Origin: Cyanophora paradoxa CCMP329
Lineage: Eukaryota; Plantae; Glaucophyta
DNA: 64,000 nt
Direction of reading: 5' to 3'
NCBI GenBank assembly: GCA_004431415.1
Contig: QPMI01000241.1
Span: forward strand, 98,853 to 162,852
The notes under the pieces were generated by a model. The model did not search any database. It saw only the letters and a program-made list of their open reading frames with translations, and was not told the origin of the DNA. Numbering within the stretch: position 1 is the stretch's first letter; each line of letters opens with the position of its first letter. Both the position numbers and the translations under genes were made by a program. This document shows positions 36,001 through 46,400 of the stretch, in pieces.

Positions 36001-39000
36001 CGGAACGGGACACGCAGGTCCGCAACGCGAGGAGGCGGCCCGAGCAGGTGCGGCGTTTGTTCTTCTGATATCGATTCGTGGGCTCTCTGTGAAGCGTGCA
36101 TTGCCCACGTAGATGATTGCCGCGAGCGCTGCGCGCTTCTCGCCCCAAGCCAGCAAGCTCCATCTTTCAGCGACTTCGAAACCTTCAGCTACCTCGTCTG
36201 GCCCGTGCACGCTGTTTCACTGTCTACACGCTCCGTCGCAGCAGGTCTCAGCTCCAGCCTTCGGCACCCTTCGCGCTACAGTGCAGCCGGCGCCGCGGCC
36301 GTGTCAACCGTGTCAACATCTTCGCTTCACCCTCGCATGCTCCCCAGCATCCGTTCTCGGCGCTCATCAGCCAGCGGGCAGATTTCGATGTCGGCCGCTG
36401 CCAGTTCATCTGCTCGAGCCGACATGGCGCCATCCTTTCCCCATCTTCCCCACCCTTGCCCAACCATCCCGGCTTGCCGCCTATCCCGGCTTGTTTGTCA
36501 GCTGTGTGTGTACTCGTTCTGCGGCCTGTTGCCGTGCCGTTCTCCGCTTCCATCGATTTCTTCCCCATCAAGCTCTCCCTTCTTCTCTTCCATCTTCTCC
36601 ACCGACGCCATCCAACTGGGCATTTTCCCTCCCGACTTCGAGACTTCCACGTGACTCTAGATCTGGACAGCATCGCCCGAGGCAAGCGGGCCCCCCTTTG
36701 TGCCGTCGCGGTGCTCTCCACGGCTGATGGCTTGCCTGCAGATTTCGAAACCAGGCCCCTGCCGTCTTCCTGAACTCTGGCCTGCGAGTTCGATCCGAAT
36801 CCAGCGATCGCCAACTGTGGATGATTAGGTGCGCGCTTGTAAACGGGCCTGGGAGTCTTCGTTGGCGGCTCCTTATGCTCATGCGTTTCCCATGGTCAGG
36901 AGCTCTAGGCTCCCGCGGCACCCGCTCAAGAACAGCAGGCGAGCTCTCCGTCAGCGGGGCGAAGCTTCGACGGCGACAACGCCCGGAGCGGATGGGACTC
37001 CGGCCCTTCCCTGGCCCTTCCCTGAGCGAACCATTCTGGAGGAGCATGCGCAAGCGTGCTGCAAGCGGGACTGGACTGGACTGGACTGGAATGGATTCGG
37101 GAGCCGCACCGCCGCGCCGGCGCAAGGCAAGTCCGGAGCCCGGAGCCGGGGCTGCTGTCGCTGCTGCTCACACGCATCGGGTTCAGGTGCCGCAGCGATC
37201 GCAAGCGCAGAGCGCCGTTCAAGCGGGACTGGACTGGACGGGGCGGAGGAGCTGGACTGGACCGAGGATCCGGATCTCGACCGTCTCGCCGCCGCCATAT
37301 TCCAAGGCGAGAAGGGATCGGGGGCCGCTTTCTGCTCGTTTCTCACCGACGCGGTTTCTGCATGCAGGCATTCTACTCGGAGGGCGAACATCGGCTGGAC
37401 TGGACTGGACGGGACCACTGACTGGACAGGACCGACTCTCGCATTTAACATCTGAACAAGGCAAGCATTAGCGGCTCGCGCGCTGCTCCTCTCGCTTCTC
37501 ACTGACCAGCGGGCGTTAGCGGCCGCACGGGGCCAGCCTCCTCGTGTTCTCCCCCGCGTCGTGCCCCCCCGTCTTCGGGCCGACTCGCAAGAACCTTCGA
37601 ACCGCCAACGAGCCTCGTGCAAAATGCTCCAGCGTGCCGTTCTTCATACTCTCCGTGCGCCGCGCGCCTCCCTCGGCCGGATCGGCCATTCCGCTGTTGC
37701 GTACGTTCCCGATCCGACCCTCTCGCCAGGCAAACACAAGCACGTCGAAGCGACGTCTGACAAGGGAGCCATCGAGAAGATCAAGGGAAGTCTGTGGAAC
37801 GAGCTTCCCAAGGCGCGCCCGCACGCCCTGATCCGGTTTGGCGACGCTGACGCCAATCCGTGCAGGGGTTCCTGTACCGATTTACCCACCCCGCAAGCGT
37901 GGCCATGTTTAGGAGTCTTCTGTCTTTGAATTCGATTTCTATTACACAATTTTCGTGAGCGCTATCATCGATCAAGCCTATGGGTTTTCGGTCCATCGCC
38001 TCGGACGCGATTAATGTAGATGACTGTGACTAGCGCTGGAACGAACGAGCTCCCCATCGCGTGCACTCAACACTGCATCGGTGAGCGCCCCGCCCGGCGG
38101 CCCGGCCTGTTCGCTTCGCATCGTCGCGGCGTCAAGACTGGAGATAGAGGCGGTGAGGGCGGGGCAGGCGGCGCGCTGATGCTGGGCGCCCAGGTCGAGG
38201 AAGCTCTTCAGCCATCACCCGCGCTCAACACTGCATCGGTGAGCGCCCCGCCCGGCGGCCCGGCCTGCTTCGCTTCGCATCGTCGCGGCGTCAAGACTGA
38301 AGATAGAGGCGGTGAGGGCGGGGCCGGCGGCGTGCTGAGGCCGGGTGCACAGTTCGAGGACGCCCCGTTGCCCCTTCTGCCATCCGTCCACAGAGCTGCG
38401 GCAATGAGGTAACAGCCCCCGAGTTCGGCTCGGTCTGATGCTGGGTGCCCAGGCTCTCACGGGCTGAAGGGCGGTGAGTCCCCCGCCGATCGGCCTGTGC
38501 TGAAGCTTCGCGCTCAGGTCCAGGTCTCTGGTGCTTCGATCGGGCTTCATTGCCTCATCAGCTTCCGTGCAGTGCAGACTGAAAGCACCTCGGGCACAGA
38601 GCAGAAGCGGCCGCTGCACATCCGGGATCTTAATCTTAGCGGGCACCCCCCTTCGCGCGAGGCCGCCGTCACTGCTCTCGCCATCATTCGCCATCAAGTT
38701 CATTAGAAGCAGTCGCCATCATTCACCCATCGATATCAGCCATCAGCAATTGCACTCCCACCAAGTTCGAGCCCGACCACTAACGCCCGTGGCCACCCTT
38801 ATCCGCCGCTCCGCCTAGCTCGCAAACGGCATCCGACCCAGCTATCGGCCGTCGCGATTTGAACTCATGACCAACGTTAACGGGCCTTCCCGCTTAAGTC
38901 TCTTCACGCGCGGACGTTGTTGTCGCCTTGCTCTATAGCTAGTTCGTCCATCTCAGCTTTCGAGCTCGGCATCGATATCCTCATTGCATCGCCCTCCCCG

Positions 39001-42000
39001 CTCAATCCCCAGCCTCCATCGATTTAATTCGCGGGTTATATAAACGTCTACGGTGTTTTGTCGCGTCGACGTCTCCACCAAGGGAGTCTTAATCTTATAC
39101 GGCTATCCCAGCGATGCGTTGTTTCCAGCACGATGTTCAGCTTGCGAGCCGATTTCGTCGATGCAGTTTGTTCGATCGTGCTCTGAGCCTTAGCTAGTGC
39201 AGCGTCAATCGCAAGCCCCGCCTGTCTCCCGTACATCCGCGTTTTATTTGCAGTCCCGAGCCTCGTTCTCCTCCTTCAAGCTCGCCCCCCTTTTTCGCCT
39301 TCGTTCAGCAGAGTCGGATTCGGATCAACGCCCTTCGTCTTCGCACATCCTGATCACGGCCGGACCACTTGGACATGGGTCCACTGACCGACTGTGAGTG
39401 CTCGTCTGCAGTCACGGTTTCGCGAACGCTGCCTGAGCGACGGCTTGCGTGCAGACATACGGATCTCTCGAACGCGCGGATCGTGCCGGTCATCACATCG
39501 CTACCAGGGCGTTCAGAAGTTCATTCAGGCACGCAGCTCACGTCCGCATCTACCTCGTTCCTGCTTTGACACGACGCCCGGTCCGCCTTTCTCGCGCAGG
39601 TGGAGAGGCGGCGCTCAGCGGCTGCGAGGTGCGCCCGGCGGCGGAGCGGACCGGGCGCGGGGGCGCAGACATCAGCTTCTCGGACGGCTTCCCAGTCATC
39701 GCATCGCTACCAGGGCGTTCACGAGCCCATTCAGGCACGCAGCTCACTTTCGCATCCACCTCGCTTCTGCTTTGACACGACGCCCGGTCCGCCTTTCTCG
39801 CGCAGGTGGAGAGGCGGCGCTCAGCGGCTGCGAGGTGCGCCCGGCGGCGGAGCGGACCGGGCGCGGGGACGCAGAAATCAATGGCGCGCGACGACGGCTT
39901 CACAATCGCTCGGGTGGTGCTTTATCTGCAGCCAGCTTCGAATTCAATGCGGTGAGCGGTTCTCGGGTGTTTTTCTCTTAGCTCACTCATTTGATGGCGT
40001 GGCGCAGGTCGTTGGCATCGTCGGCTTTTGGCGTGGCGCGCGTCGCCGGCGATCGTCATTTTCGGGCGCTTTCTGGACGGGTTCTCCCCGCGCCGTCGCG
40101 GCTGCTTCGAGGATGCTGGGCGACGAGGTCTGCCCCGTCGTCGCCGGCGTGCGGAACGCGACGCGCAGGTCCATCGCGGCGCTTGCGGTGCCCCGCGGGT
40201 GAGCTTGCGTTTGCGCTGTCTCCGCTGGCGCCAGTGCTGACGCTGACCTTCCGTCAGATGATTCCGCTGGAGAGTCGCGTCGGTCGGACATCCTGCTCAA
40301 GAGCGCATTCGCGGAGTCCTTGTGTCGCTTTCGGCACTTGTTTCACGTGTAAGCGATGTTCACACTTTCCCCTTTTTGAATTCAAGCCTTGGGCGGCTCG
40401 TGCTCATCGGCGTGCACCCAGATTCAGCTGGATACCAACTGGCCGAGGTGCGCTCGGCGAGCGGCACGGCGGACGCTGGGGCGCAGTTCCAGATCCAGGC
40501 CGGCGGACTGTTCGGCAGCCAACGTGCCAACCGCGACTGTTTTCTTGCCAACCGTGACTGTATTCTTCTCCAGTGCGAAATCGCCTTGGCATATAAATCA
40601 GCTTGCCGTGGAAATCCGCACTTGGATTTTGATTGCATTGTTTCGCAGAAGCGCAAGTGCGGTGTCGAATCGGATGCGAAATCGTCGGCCCGCTGGCCAC
40701 GGAGCGCGCGCGCTCACGCCATGTTGAGTTTCTCCATCGGAACGAGCCGGGCGACCGCCGCGAGCGTCGAGGTCTGCCGCCCACGCTGCCGTCGTGCGGA
40801 ACGGGACACGCAGGTCCGCAACGCGAGGAGGCGGCCCGAGCAGGTGCGGCGTTTGTTCTTCTGATATCGATTCGTGGGCTCTCTGTGAAGCGTGCATTGC
40901 CCACGTAGATGATTGCCGCGAGCGCTGCGCGCTTCTCGCCCCAAGCCAGCAAGCTCCATCTTTCAGCGACTTCGAAACCTTCAGCTACCTCGTCTGGCCC
41001 GTGCACGCTGTTTCACTGTCTACACGCTCCGTCGCAGCAGGTCTCAGCTCCAGCCTTCGGTACCCTTCGCGCTACAGCGCAGCCTGCACCGTGTCTCCAT
41101 CTTCGCTTCACCCTCGCTTGCTCCCCGGCATCCGCTCTCGGCGCTCATCGGCCAGCGGGCAGATTTCGATGTCGGCCGCTGCCAGTTCATCTGCTGGAGC
41201 CGGCATGGCGCCATCCATTCCCCATCGTCCCCACCCTCGTCCAACCTTCCCTGCCTGCGGTCTATCCCGGCTTGTTTGTCATCTGTGTGTGTACTCGTTC
41301 TGCGGCCTGTTGTCGTGCCGTTCTCCGCTTCCATCGACTTCCCCCTAATCAAGCTCTCCCTTCTTCTCTTCCATCTTCTCCACCGACGCCATCCAACTGG
41401 GCACTCTCCCTCCCGACTTCGAGACTTCCACGTGACTCTAGATCTGGACAGCATCGCCCGAAGCAAGCGGCCCCGCGTATCGCCGTCGCGGTGCTCTTCA
41501 CGGCTGATGGCTTGCCTGCAGATTTCGAAACCAGGCCCCTGCCGTATTCCTGAACTCTGGCCTGCGAGTTCGATCCGAATCCAGCGATCGCCAACTGTGG
41601 ATGATTAGGTGCGCGCTTGTAAATGAGTGTTGTGAGTCTTCTGTGGCGGCTCCTTATGATCATGCGTTTCCCATGGTCAGGAGATCTAGGCTCCCTCGGC
41701 ACCCCCTCAAGAACAGCAGGCGAGCTCTCCGTCAGCGGGGCGAAGCTTCGACGGCGACAACGCCCGGAGCGGATGGGACTCCGGTCCTTCCCTGGCCCTT
41801 CCCTGAGCGAACCACTCTGGAGGAGCATGCGCACGCGTCCTGCAAGCGGGGAGGAGTGGGGCGGGACTGGACTGGAATGGATTCGGGAGCCGCAACGCCG
41901 CGCCGGCGCAAGGCAAGTCCGGAGCCGGGGCCCGGGGCTGATGCCGCTGCTGCTGACATGAATTGGGATCCGGTGCCGTAGCGATCGCACGCGCAAAAGC

Positions 42001-42991
42001 GCCGTTCAAGCGGGACCGGACTGGACTGGGCGGAGGAGCGGGACTGGGCCGAGGATCCGGAGCTCGCGATCGACCAGCTCGCCGCCGCCATATTCCAAGG
42101 CATGTCGGGATCGGGGGTCGATTTCTGTTCGTTTCTCACCGGCGCGGTTTCTGCAGACATTCGACTCGGAGGGCGAACATCGGCTGGACTGGACTGGACC
42201 ACTGAATGGACAGCACCGGCTCCCCATTTTAACTCTGAAAAGGCACGCTTTAGCTTCAAGTTTTGACCTCTCGTGCGCTGCTCCTCTCGTTCCCCGCTGA
42301 TTCGCGGGGGTCTGTGACCGCAGGGGACCCGCTTCCTTGCTTTATCTCCCGCGTCGTGGCCCCCTGCGTCGGTCCGACTTGCAAGAATTCTCTGCCCGTT
42401 CTCTACCCGCCAACGGGTTCGTACAAAAATGCTCCAGCACGCTAATATTTATGCTCTCTGCGCGCCGCGCGCCTTCTTCGGCCACGCATGCGCACAGCTT
42501 TTCTAATTGACCGGCGGGCTTCAGCGACACGGCAACCGTGCCGCGGTGGGGCAGGCGGCCTGCCGCAGTCGACGTCGCCCACTTTGCCTGGGGGCACCTC
42601 TCTGATTCGGGATTCCCACATGGCCATCGCGATACGGCGTTTGCAGGCAAGGTTCCCGGCGTTTGCAGGCAAGAGCCCCTGACGCGACGGCGGCCCGCTA
42701 GCTCTCATCACTGCCACAGGCTCATGATCATGGTGCTGGGAGAGGTGGCGCACCGATGAATATTGTCTACGACGTGAGCCTCGCGATCGGAGTGTAGTTA
42801 TCGATTTCTCAGGTCTGTATCTCTAGCGCCCTTTTCAAATTTACGAAAAAAGATGCAGATATATAGTTTAGCTTATTTTCGATAGCTCTTGCACCGAGCT
42901 CATATATAACGTCAGCTCATAATCATGATCAGCCCTTCGATGATGAGCGCCACACATCACCACAACATCCATCACTGACGGTGACCTCGGT

Positions 42992-43175
42992 CTCGATCGC
43001 GTGCCTTCGCCCGGCCGGCCGCGGGCGGACAGAGTTCAGCCTCGATCGCGTGCCTTCGCCCGGCCGGCCTTCGCCCGGCCGGCCGATCGCGTGCCTTCGC
43101 CCGGCCGGCCACACTTCGCGTGCCTTCGCCCGGCCGGCCGATCGCGTGCCTTCGCCCAGCCGGCCACACTTCGCG
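42992..43175. repeat. Irregular minisatellite, six copies of (GATCGCGTGCC)TTCGCCCGGCCGGCC
   Basis: Copies end at 43020, 43069, 43084, 43110, 43139 and 43165; located ~260 bp upstream of the NOV-like ATG. Confidence 0.9.
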
Positions 43176-43435
43176 ATATCCTTCAGAGTTCAGATTCGAT
43201 CGCAAGCTCGCCCTCGCTGGCTGCTGCAGCTGCCAGCTGTACTGCGGCAGGCCTAGGCTACAGCTGTACATGTCATGATCGATATCACACCGCTAGCTGC
43301 ACATGCATGTGCACGTGCCACCGCCCCAGACCGCTCAGCGGCTGTTCGAATTCGAGCCATCGATTGGCATTCGAGCTCAGCGGCTGTTCGAATTGGGAGA
43401 GCTCGAGGCGCCCGGCATGCGCAGCTCGCGCTGGC

Positions 43436-46400
43436 ATGGTTAGGGGGTACGGATATACGGACATCAGTGCGTCGCCATCAGTGCGAGCTCGGCGCGTGGC
43501 GATCGGCGTCGACTCGGCGATGAATCCGCACGCGTGGATTTATGTAGCAACAGCTCGCACGTACACGAAGCGCGACGTCGAGAATCTCGCGGTTGCCGTG
43601 CGTGACGAGATTCACGCAGCGGGCCGCTACGTCTCGGCCGCGGACGTAATCGCTCTCGTCCGCCAGCGACTCAATGTCGCGCGCTTCGATGATCTTCGCG
43701 TGGTGAGCGCGGGCTGATCTAGATCTGCACAATATATGCATGCGCATATATATGCATGTGAAGGCGCGTGCGCGAGCGCGCGCCAGCTTACCGAGGACGC
43801 TGCCAGGGCCGCCCACACGAGATCCCGGCGCTGAAGGAGCTTACCGAACTCGAGAATAAAGTTTTCTGCTTCATCCAGGTCTGCAGATGACCGATATCGC
43901 GATATCGATTCGCGCTGCGGCGCGCGCACTCACGCGCGCGCTCGTCGGTCAGGTTTTCATGAATCACCACTCCATCGTCACACTCTTTGAACTGGATGAG
44001 GAGCTGTGCGCAGCGGAAGCGGTGAAAACCTACAGCGCCCTTCGCCTCGGTTCGTACGCATGCGCATGCATTTTTACACGTACGCGCTGGCTTACGATCT
44101 GCGCATACACATTCGCAGGGCCGCTGCTGAAGCACCCGCTGGTCGTCAAGGGCTTCGCTCCGCCGCCCTCCCTGACGGCACCGCCAGCGATCACGTCCGC
44201 TGACGTTGGGATTGCACTGCGCGCGTACCAGCGCCAGCAGGTGCTCGAAAACATGTACATGTTTAATTTTCCTCCACGAGCCCCGCGCTCACAGCCCACA
44301 GAGAACGGGTACGGACCACCGGCCGGTGGAGGTCCACGAGTTCGTGCGGTGGCTCGCTGTGCAGCGCCGGGTGGCCGACCCGCTCGAGCTCTGCATCAAG
44401 GCGAGCTGCGCGCCTCGGATTCGGATCCCGCGCGCGAGGCGCGCGCTGAACGTCGCGAGCGGCACCAGATCCACGCGCACGGCGTCGGCCTCTATCTTAA
44501 GACCTTCGGGGCGGTGGAGTGCGCCCAGCGCTCGAAGGAGGCTGAATTCCACACGAAACTCACACAACAGGTCCGGTCTCACGCACTCTTGGCTCGCGAT
44601 CGCGATCGGCCCCGGCGCTCCGCGCTGACCCGCGCTTATCATGACCGGGTCCCGCAGATTAAGACAGAACTGGCCCTTGAGCAGGAAAAGGCGACCGAAG
44701 CCGCCCACCTGAACCGGGCGCGTCGTGGACGGCCGGCCCGCCTCGAGTTCCGCCTTCGATGCTGATTATGATTTGCCTGCAGGACGCGCGGCGGAGGCAG
44801 CTGGAAGAGGCGGTGAGGAGGCAAATTGCTGAGGCGCAGGCGCAGCCCGTTGAGGCAGGATCCGCCCTACTCTTACTTCGAGTGGCTGGTGCTGACTGCT
44901 GCGCATGCTCAGGAGGTTGAAGTCATGTCCTTCGTGCGGCGGTGGATGACTGAGTGTAATGACACGCTCACGTCCCGCGCTGCAGTCGCCCAGCGAGTGC
45001 GCTTCGCTTTCTTCGAATATGGATAGCTTGAATTAATTGCGGTCGCGCCGCGCAGATGCAGGATGAACTGGTGAAATCGCTCACCAGAGTCAAAGCGCAG
45101 CAGGAATGCTTCGTCTACAATAAGGCCCTCGCTGTGCTTTGCAAGGTGCCCGCCCCCCTACTGCGCCTTAGTGCCTGTACCATAACACTGCTGCAGTTGA
45201 TTGTCTCGTACCTCCGGGGGTACCGTGCTTGCCTCTCCGCGCGCCAGGTACGTATACCGGTTCCTTTCTAAAGCTTGCCTTAAGCTTCCGCTAGCGCTCG
45301 CGCGCCCCTCTAAATTAAAAACTTTGCAGCTGTCGGCAGAAAAGCTCTTTGAGGAAGCAATGCGAAAGGCGCCACAGGCACCCCCTGAGGCCGCTCCTCA
45401 AGCGCCTCGTACAGCTGGGGGTAACGCGCAGTTGACTACAAGCGTCCCCGTGATGTCGACAGCACCGGATCATGATCAAGCGCAGGCGCAGCCCGCCGAG
45501 GTCTGATCCGGCTAAGCGCCTCTCTTTCGATCAAGAGGCCAATATAAATCTCTCATGCACTGTCCAGGAAGCAGACGTGCTGACCTTCATGCGAATGTGG
45601 ACGTCCGTCTGCAACGACCCTACGGCCACCCTCGACTCGGTCGCCCGACAAGTGTGCATGCACATGCGCGCGAGCTCGAGCTCCGCGCCGGCTGCTTGCT
45701 TCGCTGGCCTCCAGCCTGAGGGCTTAGGCGCCATGCATTTGCAGATGCAGGAGACTGTGATCGATTCGGTCCGGCTGCCAAAGAAGTGGGCCACGAACCT
45801 GTCTCAGGCCGGCTCTGTCCTTATACTCTGCAAGGTGCACCGATCCGGGACATCGGAGGCTTCAGAGGTCGATGACAGACTCTTTCGCATGCGCAGGCTG
45901 CGGTCTCGTACCTGCGAGGACAGCGCTCGCTTCTCTCCACGGACCAGGTACCATCCTTTCGTATACGTATACCTAGCTATAGCTATATATAGCACGCGTG
46001 CACTCAATGCCCAATCGATATCGCGCAGAACTCGCTGGCCGAGCGGTTGCAAGCGACCACTGAGAACCGTGCGCCCGCGGCCGGCCCCTTCCGATTTCGA
46101 GCTTGAGCTCGAGTACAAATTCACCCCTCTGTTATATACGTAGCACCGGTACCGGTACCGGTGACGTCGACGTCGGCGGCGGGCCGGGACGAGCTCGAGG
46201 TCCGATCCGGCCCCGTGCCCCTCGTTGAAAGATTAGCATTAGCTCATTGACAACTCGGGTGTGCAGCAAGCGGACGTGCTTGCCTTTGTGCGGATGTGGA
46301 CGCCATTCTGCGTTGACGCAAGCATCCCCCGTGCCTCCATCGCTCAGCAGGTGTGCACGTGCACGCCGATCGCAAGCCGGCGCCCCAGCTGCAGTCGCAT

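Larger units (their letters stand above)
27922..42483. repeat. Tandem array of three 4.4-5.3 kb units (starts ~27925, 33274, 38066) made of degenerate exon-intron fragments, minisatellites and (GGACT)n blocks
   Basis: Sequence recurs at a 4792-4798 bp offset (e.g. 33274 vs 38066, 33221 vs 38019), and the ORF track repeats accordingly. No transposase, reverse transcriptase or Rep/helicase motifs recognised. Confidence 0.95.

Noticed and set aside
33274-41070. Units 2 and 3 as a pure assembly duplication
   Set aside because: The copies differ by substitutions and non-homopolymer indels (6 bp at 33231, 3 bp at ~39337) and show a coherent recombinant pattern. Not fully excluded without reads.
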